NCBI GenBank assembly: GCA_021792935.1
Contig: JAJYTS010000001.1
Location: forward strand, 72-64,071
Length of the DNA: 64,000 nucleotides
Reading direction: 5' to 3'
Origin: Bacillota bacterium
GTDB taxonomy: Bacteria; Bacillota; Sulfobacillia; Sulfobacillales; Sulfobacillaceae
In this document: positions 40,873 through 50,027 of the stretch, one piece after another
How positions within the stretch are numbered: the stretch's first letter is position 1
Layout: each line of letters opens with the position of its first letter
The notes under the pieces: model-generated
Databases searched by the model: none
Told to the model about the DNA's origin: nothing
What the model saw: the letters and a program-made list of their open reading frames with translations, nothing else
Translations under genes and position numbers: made by a program

Positions 40873-41451
40873 ATGGTGGGACAAATTATCGTCCTCATTG
40901 GACCCAGCGGAGTGGGGAAAACCACGTTGGCCGAAAGGGCTCAAAGTGATGGTCTGGCAGATCGCATCACCACTTGCACCACCCGCGCGCCCCGCCCCCA
41001 CGAAACTCCCAACAAAGACTACTACTTCATGTCGCTGCATGAATTCTCCCAACGCGAGAGTCTGGGCGAGTTTGTGGAAAATGAATGGATCCACGGAAAC
41101 CGGTATGGGGTTCTGGTTCACGAGCTATCGGAAGCTCTTGGAGCGGGCAAGACCGCCATTATTTCGCTAGGATACGGTGGTGCCAGTCGGGTCAAGGAAA
41201 TTTGGCCGCAAAATGTGCATGTGGTAGGCATCCTGCCGCCGTCAACCGACAGCCTGAAAAGTCGGCTGCGAGGCCGCGGGGCCAAAGAAGACGATATGGC
41301 CATTCGCCTGCGGTCTATTGATGGCGAAGCCAAATCGGTGCGTCAATTAGCCGACACCATTGTCGTCAACGATCAATTCGAAGAGGCCTACCAACAACTC
41401 CGCCACGTGCTCAATCCTTCTGGCTGCACCCGACATGCCGCCGATAGCTGA
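40873..41451 (+). CDS. gmk: Guanylate kinase
   Basis: GPSGVGKTT, TCTTRAPRPHE..DYYF, HGNRYG, LPPS, IVVND. Confidence 0.82.
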   Translation: MVGQIIVLIGPSGVGKTTLAERAQSDGLADRITTCTTRAPRPHETPNKDYYFMSLHEFSQRESLGEFVENEWIHGNRYGVLVHELSEALGAGKTAIISLGYGGASRVKEIWPQNVHVVGILPPSTDSLKSRLRGRGAKEDDMAIRLRSIDGEAKSVRQLADTIVVNDQFEEAYQQLRHVLNPSGCTRHAADS

Positions 41452-41731
41452 CAAGCCGACGAATTAACCGACAGCCGCTCCGGTGTTCCCCTCCCCAAAA
41501 TAACCGTAACGTACACCATCGCCCGCAAGAACAAGCAAAAAAATTTCACCGACCCTCAGACTCCGTGCCTTCTAAATCACGAATGGCCCGATCATTACGA
41601 TTTGTTTTCCATGACCAACCCCCGCATAATTAATTGGCTAAATTTAGCATTGCCAGCGGGAATCCGCTATGCTGAAATAGATTGCACCGTGGGCAGCGAG
41701 CATTCCGCACTAACAAAAGGAGCCTTACATC

Positions 41732-43240
41732 ATGGAACGATTTTCCGACGCGTTTCATCTCATTCAGGCACTAAGCGCCGATCCCGCCACCGTTTCTCTG
41801 ATATCCCGCGCGATAAATGCACAGGTGGTTTTGGATACTTGGATGCACGGCCCCTTTGAAGAAACCATTACGCCTGAGGCTGAAAGCCGGTTAAGTGAAT
41901 ATGCCCACCAGTTGGGGGTAGAAGCTGCCGCCAATCAGTCGGTTTTTCCCCGCTATCCCATGCCTGAAAGTTATAGCGAGGCCCTATTTAAGACAACCTT
42001 GACGGCGATGGCGCTCTACCAGCTACGCAGCGGCGAGCCTGTCCGCATTGTGGACGAGCCTGCCGTCACCAAGACTTACGCAATTCTTCGCCGCTTTGTT
42101 GAATCAGAACCGCTAGGCTTAACGGCCGTGGCGCGCGTTTTCGGCATTATCTGGATGCACGAGGATTTGAACGCCCTTATTTTTTATAAACGCATGGAGC
42201 GAAACGCCTTTCTGGCAGGAGGTCACCGGCCCGGGAACGGATCCATGTTGGCGGAACAACTGAAGGTGTATCACACCGCTGGCCTTGTCCGCGAAATCTT
42301 TACCGGGGGAGGCGACATGCTGGAGATTACCGATCGGGGCCAAACAATTTTTGTACAACTGCACCGGGTATTGGAGGAGGCGGGTGAACTCGATTGGCGC
42401 GCTAATCAGCAGCGATGGCTCATCTTTCATGAAATGCATTACGATACCATAATCGCGCGACTTTCTCCGGACACCGCCCCAATGACCGACCGGTTTCTTA
42501 AATGGGTCGATTTACAGCCAGGGCAATCCGTATTGGAGGTGGGAGCGGGAACCGGGCGAGTGACCATTGAGCATGGACTATATCGCCGCGTCCAGCCAGG
42601 CGGCCGTATTGTAGCCCTCGACCCCTCTACCGGTCTCCTTCAAACCTTAATGGCAAAGTGCCAGGAACAACGCGTGAACAACGTGGAGACCGTCACCGGC
42701 CGGGCGGAATCCCTACCCTTTGCCGATAATAGCTTTGACGTCACGGTTGCGGTGGCATCCCTGCATTTCACTGACATCGAACAATCTTTGCGCGAAATTA
42801 TTCGCGTTACCAAGCCAGGTGGGCAAATAGCGGTATTCTCCCCAACTCCGGCCTTCGACCTGCGCGAAGTGCCCATGATGTCGCTCTGGCTGCGCCCGCT
42901 TAGCGACCTGGCCGACCGCTTTAACATGCCATTTGGAGACCATAACGGTTTGGCCCCTGGCCAACTAGAAACTCTTTTCCGTACCCACCTCTCTCTGACG
43001 GACGTAACATATCACAGCATGCCATGGCTTCTGGCCGCCGAAGACCATCGCGCGGCCTTCATATTCTTTGTAAAAGGAGCCGCGTTATATCAGAATATCC
43101 TAGCCCGCCTGCCCCTCAGCGAACGCTGGGCTTTCTTGCAGCGACTAGAAGAGCGGGGAGACGAAATCGCGGCCCACACCACCATCGAGGAAAAACGCCA
43201 CATCTATAAATCCGAGGCCATTCTTGCCCGAGTACGGTAG
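41732..43240 (+). CDS. Class I SAM-dependent methyltransferase with long N-terminal extension
   Basis: VLEVGAGTG, ALDPS, AESLPFADNSFD, RVTKPGG. Confidence 0.85.
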   Translation: MERFSDAFHLIQALSADPATVSLISRAINAQVVLDTWMHGPFEETITPEAESRLSEYAHQLGVEAAANQSVFPRYPMPESYSEALFKTTLTAMALYQLRSGEPVRIVDEPAVTKTYAILRRFVESEPLGLTAVARVFGIIWMHEDLNALIFYKRMERNAFLAGGHRPGNGSMLAEQLKVYHTAGLVREIFTGGGDMLEITDRGQTIFVQLHRVLEEAGELDWRANQQRWLIFHEMHYDTIIARLSPDTAPMTDRFLKWVDLQPGQSVLEVGAGTGRVTIEHGLYRRVQPGGRIVALDPSTGLLQTLMAKCQEQRVNNVETVTGRAESLPFADNSFDVTVAVASLHFTDIEQSLREIIRVTKPGGQIAVFSPTPAFDLREVPMMSLWLRPLSDLADRFNMPFGDHNGLAPGQLETLFRTHLSLTDVTYHSMPWLLAAEDHRAAFIFFVKGAALYQNILARLPLSERWAFLQRLEERGDEIAAHTTIEEKRHIYKSEAILARVR

Positions 43241-43290
43241 TGGCCTAACGTCATGGCACCGGCGGAGGAACTAAGCGCGGAGAGCGCATC

Positions 43291-43860
43291 CTAGGGACCT
43301 TCACCCGGTATAAAAGAACTGACATAAGTGGCAACGCGCCAGTGTCCATGACTGCGCCGTAGCCAGGCGGTCCCATGCGATCCGTTGACCACCATGCTAA
43401 GCTTCCGAATTTGGGATCTCCGGGGAAGGCCGCTAATATTCGCGAACCACACTTTATCCTGCCAGGTGGCATGAGCCCAGTGACCAATAACGACTACCGA
43501 ATCCACTTTAAGAGAAATGCGTTTAACGATTTGACGTTGATAGGGCCACAATTTCAAGTAAACCTGGAAAATATGATGGTCTCTGGCATTCGCGGAGGAA
43601 TTAGAAGTAAATGTATCCGCAAGCAACCGGTACTCGCTACGCTGAAGTTTCCGTAACTCGGCTGGCGAAGGTTTATGGTCTCGCGGCAAATCCACACCCA
43701 TGAGGTTCAAAGGGCTTTCCAATGCCATCGCACGGGTCAATACGGCACCAACCGGCCGATAGGCGCGGTTCGACGCTGCGGCACCCGCAACGGCAACCCC
43801 TAATACCGTGAAGACAACACTACCAGCTACCCAACGCCATCGAATGGATATCGCCCCCAA
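43291..43860 (-). CDS. Secreted/membrane-anchored hypothetical protein
   Basis: N-terminal signal-like hydrophobic stretch; beta-rich C-terminus (..WLRRSHGHWRVATY) suggestive of an NTF2-like fold. Confidence 0.55.
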   Translation of the reverse strand: MGAISIRWRWVAGSVVFTVLGVAVAGAAASNRAYRPVGAVLTRAMALESPLNLMGVDLPRDHKPSPAELRKLQRSEYRLLADTFTSNSSANARDHHIFQVYLKLWPYQRQIVKRISLKVDSVVVIGHWAHATWQDKVWFANISGLPRRSQIRKLSMVVNGSHGTAWLRRSHGHWRVATYVSSFIPGEGP

Positions 43861-44461
43861 TTTCGTGCCATCACTAACCTAACGACTAAGTGAGGGGCAT
43901 TATACCAAGAGGCGTTTTTAACAAAAAATATAAACAACAGTCACGATTATCCCCCAACGGAAGACAAATAGCTTTGCGTATCTCCCGAAAAAACTTCTAT
44001 GAAACAAATCATAGAACCCCACGAGAGCAGCCATAAAGAGACCGGGAAAATGGGCCGATCAAAAAAATAATGCCGAAGTGCGCCTCAACGACCGATAGCC
44101 CGTCTTGACGCCTATTGCATACCACCAGCACTTGCCGCCGGGCGGCTGCCCTCGTTTCAAAGCGGGCAGTGCTTAAAATGGAGGGCGGGGGCGCGACCAC
44201 CACCACGGGAAGAGCCTCACCATCACGGATCACCATGAGACGGCGCTTTTCGCGACAAGCCTTCCCTTTGCGGCCATGTTGGCAAGAAATATGACACAAC
44301 TTAGTTGCTTAGGACCGAGAGTTAGGTTGGGTGAGCTTGGTGAACCAGATCGCCCGTCAGTAAGGACGCCGCGAGACCGCCATTTTAAATTCCAGTCTCT
44401 TGTCCAAGTTTTAGGTGGCATGATTGCCCAATGTTTCAGTGTTTGGCCTTGATAGATGTCC

Positions 44462-44797
44462 TTAGCGATTGCTTTCATTCGATCCAACAAATCCCACCGT
44501 GATTTGCGAAACGCTCCGTACAAAACTTGGCTGAACGGAATCCGTTTGGGGCACATGAAGGTGGTGCGGAGCGGTATCGACCTCAGCTTGGTCATAATGT
44601 GGAGCATTATTAAAACGATAGCGGTTACTGCCCTGTTGCCAATGATACCTATAACGCCCTGTGCTGCCGTGGAAAACGTCCAGAAAGCTCCCGTCTCGCA
44701 ACTCTAAACGTACGTTACGCTCTTCTTGAATGATGGTTGCCGATAATACGAGATCCGGAAACTGCTTTAAACAAAAAGCGGCAACCTCATTAATCGT
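44462..44797 (-). CDS. DUF6516/TumE-like toxin (start uncertain)
   Basis: DGSFLDV..GRYRYHWQ...RFNNAPHY...TAPHHLH family signature; follows a small antitoxin-like gene. Confidence 0.75.
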   Translation of the reverse strand, partial: TINEVAAFCLKQFPDLVLSATIIQEERNVRLELRDGSFLDVFHGSTGRYRYHWQQGSNRYRFNNAPHYDQAEVDTAPHHLHVPQTDSVQPSFVRSVSQITVGFVGSNESNR

Positions 44798-45086
44798 CTC
44801 GAATTGGCCTCCTGGTGCTGATAATCTGTTGCCACAGTTTGTGACGATACCCTTGTAGTCCTTCGAGTCGGATCGCGTCTTCCCATGCAGGGTGCCCATC
44901 AATTGTCCCATCGCGAATTAACGCCTCAATACCATCTGGCGATTCTGTGCCATATTGTTGGGCGATCACCACGATCCGCTGATCAATCTCAGCAATCTTC
45001 TTGAAAAGCCATGTTTCTAGGGCCTCTTGCAATAAAGTCGATTCCGGTACCCCAAGCTCACGGCTTAACTGGGCTAATGTAGACAT
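44790..45086 (-). CDS. Putative antitoxin (TumA-like)
   Basis: 98 aa, LAQLSRELGVPE...QYG..IRDGTIDGHPAWEDAIRL; GAGGGGTG RBS; overlaps the toxin gene. Confidence 0.7.
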   Translation of the reverse strand: MSTLAQLSRELGVPESTLLQEALETWLFKKIAEIDQRIVVIAQQYGTESPDGIEALIRDGTIDGHPAWEDAIRLEGLQGYRHKLWQQIISTRRPIRDD

Positions 45087-45218
45087 CGCACCCCTCTCTT
45101 ATCTACCCGCAATCTCCTGCCATGTGCTAATTATACTGCCGTACTGATAGAATCACGCTACACCGTCAGCGATAATTGCTGTCAATCTAGAGTATCATTC
45201 TACTGAACCTTCTAATAC

Positions 45219-45510
45219 CTATACCACCCACCGCCGCTTCTTATGGATTCCGCTAACATTGGGCGGGTCTTCTGTCACATAGACAACCCCAACTCGTTCC
45301 AGTCGTTCAAGCCAGCGCCAAGCTTGACCACGGCCAACACCTAAAACTTGAGCAATCAGGCCAGAGGTTACGGGCATCCCGGAGGGCCACTCACGGACGA
45401 CTTGCTGCACGCGAGCCCACGAAACAGGTTCTGACGGGAGTATTAGGAGTCGACTGACGCCATCGCTGCCACAACTGGCGTAGCGTAGTTACTTCAAACT
45501 CAGCCGCCAT
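45219..45510 (-). pseudogene. Frameshifted winged-HTH protein
   Basis: AGGGGA RBS with ATG 45510 (MAAEFEVTTLRQLWQRW..) is in one frame; the HTH (VTSGLIAQVLGVGRGQAWRWLERLERVGVV) is in another. Confidence 0.5.
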
Positions 45511-46533
45511 GATGTCCCCTCCCGTCTGCCTTTCTGACACCATTATAGGGCGTCAGGCCAAGAAGGCCAAAGAAGGTCAGATACTTCGTGACAAGCTCCA
45601 CGTTAAGGATGCGACGTACGACAGTAGCGCTACCCAGCCTGCCGGTTGTCCAGGGTAGACAATGTGCTTATTAGCTTGGCTAATCCTCCAATACCCAGCA
45701 TAGTGATCCATGCACGCATATGCTGCGGCCAAAGGGCCACCGCGCCGAGCAATACTAAGTCACTGGCCATGAACCCCAAAATCCCCTAGGCCATTAGCGC
45801 TGAATCTGTTTGCATATATCCTAGCCGCTGCGACCACCTAACCCCAGCGTCACGAACAGCTAAAAAATTAGGATATCCGTATTTGGTGATTGAAATGGCC
45901 CCGCTACCTCGACATCTCTGGATTTCTTGCGCCTGTTGAAAAGACGCCATCGGGCGTAATGGGGTCGTCACTGGGATCGTGTTGATCTGGACTCGCAACG
46001 GGGTTCTCTCAATCCTCATGGAGCGTGTTGCTTGGTCGTTCGCGTTCGGTACTATCGCCAGGGTCATCGCAATTCCGGCTGGCATGGATTGAATAGCGTA
46101 ACCAGTCCAAATCCATCCCGTGGAATCGCCACGTCTTCGGATGCCTCCACGAATGCAAGGCCGATGTGCATCTGGCTGATTTGCTTTCTGGTAACATGCG
46201 TCATCCGTTGGAACAGCGCTGGAAACCCATCACGTCCCTGTCCTCCAACCAGCAAGTCGTGTCGCGGTTCTTAGGCGATTGATGGTCCGTCCCCACATGG
46301 ACTCTTTCCGATGGCTTCCATCACCGCGCAAAGCGGCGCGATGGCGTGTCTCATCGTGTCCGTACCCTCTGAGTCCTTCCCCAGGATGGCCTACGCCGCA
46401 GAACCGCTTGTCCCCGCGTTTGGGGCCGTTGGATGCGCCTTTTAGACTGGAATTGCCGTTATCGGGGGATTTTGGACCCGCTGGTTACCCTCCCCAATCG
46501 CCCACGTATTCCAGTTGAGAAAGGACGTTCTCG

Positions 46534-46776
46534 ATGGCCCCTATCTCTCGTCTTCGACGGCGCTGGCTTGCCATAGCCGCTGTGGCGCCCTTCGTGGGGA
46601 CAACCCTGCTGGTGCCGGTCTCGTTCGCGCAAGCGGCGACAACGCCCGCCATGACCAGTGCGCCGCCGAAACCGGTCGTCTACACCCCGCCCACACACCT
46701 GAATCGCACGCCCGTCCGGCGAACTGAACCCACAGTGCTAAGCCGCATGACAATGAGTGGCAATACTGCCATATAG
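46534..46776 (+). pseudogene. Truncated secreted precursor (signal peptide plus Pro/Thr linker)
   Basis: AAAGGA RBS; MAPISRLRRRWLAIAAVAPFVGTTLLVPVSFAQAATT...; ends without a mature domain. Confidence 0.5.
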
Positions 46777-46810
46777 CGTTAGCGCCAACACCTTAAAGGA
46801 GGGAGTCATT

Positions 46811-47215
46811 ATGGGAGGACACTATACAGCTACCATCATCATAGGACTGGGACTTATTGCCATAATGGGATTCGCTCAACAGCTGGTAGTGAGCTATCAT
46901 CGCAAGCTGGCACCCGAGGAATATGTTTGGTGGTGGCGTCTTACCCTTGGATTGGAAGCAGTGATCTGGGGAGTCGGGATTTGGCCTGTTGGGCTACTGT
47001 CTCTCATCGTGTGGGTAGGCCTTTATGTTCGTCTGAACGACGAAATGAAGTTTTATCGAGAACATTACCTGCCACACCGTATTGTCGATTTCGGGGTTCC
47101 AGAAGGTCAAACGCCCACCTATAAGCCACTAGCCAAGCCGGTACGTATCTTGTTTGTCATTGGAGTGATAATCGTGCTCAGTTTGGCGTTTCTCAATCTC
47201 TGGATTCACCGTTAA
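46811..47215 (+). CDS. Membrane protein, immunity-like
   Basis: AAGGAGGGAG RBS; 134 aa with 3-4 TM; directly follows the truncated secreted ORF. Confidence 0.7.
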   Translation: MGGHYTATIIIGLGLIAIMGFAQQLVVSYHRKLAPEEYVWWWRLTLGLEAVIWGVGIWPVGLLSLIVWVGLYVRLNDEMKFYREHYLPHRIVDFGVPEGQTPTYKPLAKPVRILFVIGVIIVLSLAFLNLWIHR

Positions 47216-47818
47216 GAAAGATGTCCGCATGCACTATTACAATCCTACAAATCCATCTCGAACAGCACGATTTTCAATTAAGCCTACCCTCCATCATCGG
47301 CAGGGCGACCCTTCTGACGCCTATGATGATTGTTGCGAGCAGGGATGCTTTGCCTATGTGCCGGAACCCTATTTATCGGCAAAGTGGCTACTGAAGAAGG
47401 TGGTCAGACGTATGAATGGGTTCACCATCCAGTGCAGCCCATGAACAGACGCCCGCTAACAACTACGGGACGGAGATATCCTCGTCGATAGATTCCCATC
47501 GCAAAAACTGACCGCCCCCCAAATGATCACGGCTCGCTGGTCAGCAGTAGATGCATGGGCCAGATTGGGTAGGTTTGCCAGTGGATGGCGTAATTCTCCA
47601 TCGTTCGATAGTTGGATAATGAGTTGCTGACGTCGTCGTATTGGCGCTAATTAAATTTGGCATTAGTTTAGCTAAAATGGCTGCCATTTGAGCTGCATGG
47701 ATTGGCTAAAGGCGTTAACAAGTCTGACCATCAAGACCGCGCCTAGTCTAACTCCCCGCCACGATGGGCGGGGTGTCAGGATAAGGCATGATCGACGCAC
47801 TCGACCCGGGGCTTAACT

Positions 47819-48585
47819 ATGACTCGAATTAAGGCAAATCAAAAAGGATTAAAACGGTTAATTGTGGGTGGAGCTATACTGGCAATGCCACTTTTAGGTG
47901 CAACTGCATTTGCACAATCAACAACTGCAACTTTGCCAGCACCTCAGATGGCTCAAGCCGCACAAGTAGCTAGCGAAACTGAAAACATCAATACGACTAA
48001 TGGATATGTTTCGGACAACGCTCAGGTGTTGGCCAGTTTTGGACTATCAGCCAGCCAAATTCAATATGTTGAGAACACGATTCAGACATACGATACAACG
48101 AATGGTCTAACAGCTACTTCTACGAGTCAAACTACCCCTACAAGTGACAGCATTTCTCCAAATGCAGGGATTTGGGTGACTACTGACTTATATTCGGGTC
48201 AGAAGATTATGCTATATGAAGGCGCTCAGCCCGGTATTGGTTGGCAACATATGATGTATCGTCATAATTGGGCAAATCTCGGAACGGCCCAAACAACTGT
48301 AGAAATTGTCTGCCATAACCCGGATAGTTGGACAATCCAGTCCAATGGACGATACGCTTATTACAAATGGTTTGATACAACGGTCCCGTTTGAAAGCTGG
48401 GAAGTTGAATTTTGGTCGTGGTAAATGCGGGCAACGCTAATGGTAATAGTGACACCGGACCTGGTGCCGTTGTAACTGGATATCCAGTGTCTGGCAACTT
48501 TGTAACGGAAACATGGAATGGTGTACCAGATACCTCAATTGTTCCATGGTGGGTTAATGAGGGCCTATATTCACAGAAACTCTGA
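47819..48585 (+). pseudogene. Secreted polymorphic-toxin-like nuclease, frameshifted near 48410
   Basis: Signal peptide (..ATAFA|Q), S/T-rich linker, LYEG...GWQHMMYRH motif; ORF stops at 48424 but the -1 frame continues LVVVN...GAVVTGYP...SQKL* to 48585. Confidence 0.7.
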
Positions 48586-48605
48586 TTTACGTGGCGAGGT
48601 GTAGT

Positions 48606-49052
48606 ATGGACGACAAACTCTTAGAGTCCCAATTCTTAGCATCCCTGTACAGCGCACTAAAGGGAATTTCCCAGAATGGCATCCTCGTTTCGAATGTTCA
48701 AGAGGAGAGTCATTCAGACATTACTCGGTCCGCCTATCGCGTCATTCCCCATAAGTTTGGGTGGCGGTGGATCCTCCGAGGAACTGCGGAGCGGTGGTGG
48801 CTAGAGATTCTGGATGATCGGGCTCCAATGCGTGGGCGCCCGTACTACATCGACCCACATGGTGATGAAGAGTTCTTTGCTTTGGCCGCGGTAAGTGACG
48901 TTACAACGTCAGACCGTATCACCTACTTTGTATCCATGTTACTGACCCATATGGATGAGAAACTGGTGGGCCAGAAAGAAGCTCACCGTGCGTATAGTGA
49001 AGGAGCAACAATCGACAATCCTCCTTGGATTCATACAGATTCCGCAGGCTAA
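48606..49052 (+). CDS. Hypothetical cytoplasmic protein, candidate immunity protein
   Basis: GAGGTG RBS; starts 20 nt after the reconstructed toxin stop; no signal peptide. Confidence 0.65.
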   Translation: MDDKLLESQFLASLYSALKGISQNGILVSNVQEESHSDITRSAYRVIPHKFGWRWILRGTAERWWLEILDDRAPMRGRPYYIDPHGDEEFFALAAVSDVTTSDRITYFVSMLLTHMDEKLVGQKEAHRAYSEGATIDNPPWIHTDSAG

Positions 49053-49068
49053 AAAAGTGTGGGCAACA

Positions 49069-49089
49069 GGGACGAGCACTCCTCGTCCC
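49069..49089 (+). terminator. Hairpin after the candidate immunity gene
   Basis: GGGACGAG-CACTC-CTCGTCCC; weak U-tract. Confidence 0.4.
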
Positions 49090-49394
49090 CCCTATTTGCG
49101 CGGGTATCCTAGCCCCTAACTAGCAATATTTCTAGCAGTCATTCTAAACGTGCCGCATCAATATGCGAAGGTGACTTCGCACAGGATCTCTTATTCTAGC
49201 CTCCCCTCATAACTAGAAACGGAAGCCGAATTGTTGATCACGAATAGTCGCCTCCCATTGCCCAGATCCCAACGGAACTGTTGCCACTGAGATCATCAAT
49301 TTGCTGGGGAAACCTCTATGAGAGTCGTCTGCCTCAGTATGGTTCCCTTTTCGCCCTCATTGACTTTGGAATCAGGCCATTAGCGGATACGAGT

Positions 49395-50027
49395 TTATCG
49401 TATGACCTTTATCCACCCGTGGCCAGCCAATGCCGCCATGGGAGCGATAAATATCCATAAGACATTGAGCAGCAACACCGCCGGGAGAACAGTCATCCAG
49501 AGAGGCCCATGGCGCTTCTTCGCCTCCTCCTGATAGGTTAAGCGCGTTTGCAAATGGCGTACATGCGCCTGGATTTGGGCGGAGGAGATTCCATGGAGAT
49601 AGCCATGCCGCAGCAACAACCATGTTAAGGGCGCATCTGGCCCCAGCGGCCCCAACTCGGGCATGGCGTGGGACCGACGGCTGATGCGCTGCGCCGCCTC
49701 CGATATTGTGGATTTCAACCAGGGCTCTGCCTCCGCGGCAATCTCCACCGCCTGCCAAAAAGTTAGCCCCGCCGTGAGCAGAACCGCTGTTTCCTGCCAA
49801 AACCGCACCAGCGCCGACTGGCGCTCCAAGTCGCTGACCCCCCCGCGCGGCTTGCGGTTCATCGCCAGAAACACGGCGCTAAAAAGTGCGGCCAAAAGCC
49901 ATGGCAGCCTCTCCGCGGTTATTAACGCACCCGGTGCCACACCGATTAGGGCCGTCCAGGCCAGCGATTCACGCTCCCACCACATCAACCATGCCACCGC
50001 GGCACACCAAGCGGCTATCACCATCAT
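49395..50027 (-). CDS. TadC-like (T2SS F family) membrane platform protein
   Basis: VLLTAGLTFWQAVE motif; C-terminal TM LPAVLL...FIAP; follows TadB-like gene. Confidence 0.7.
   Translation of the reverse strand: MMVIAAWCAAVAWLMWWERESLAWTALIGVAPGALITAERLPWLLAALFSAVFLAMNRKPRGGVSDLERQSALVRFWQETAVLLTAGLTFWQAVEIAAEAEPWLKSTISEAAQRISRRSHAMPELGPLGPDAPLTWLLLRHGYLHGISSAQIQAHVRHLQTRLTYQEEAKKRHGPLWMTVLPAVLLLNVLWIFIAPMAALAGHGWIKVIR

Noticed and set aside
45786-46518. Several short ORFs on both strands
   Set aside because: No identifiable family; treated only as decayed island sequence.
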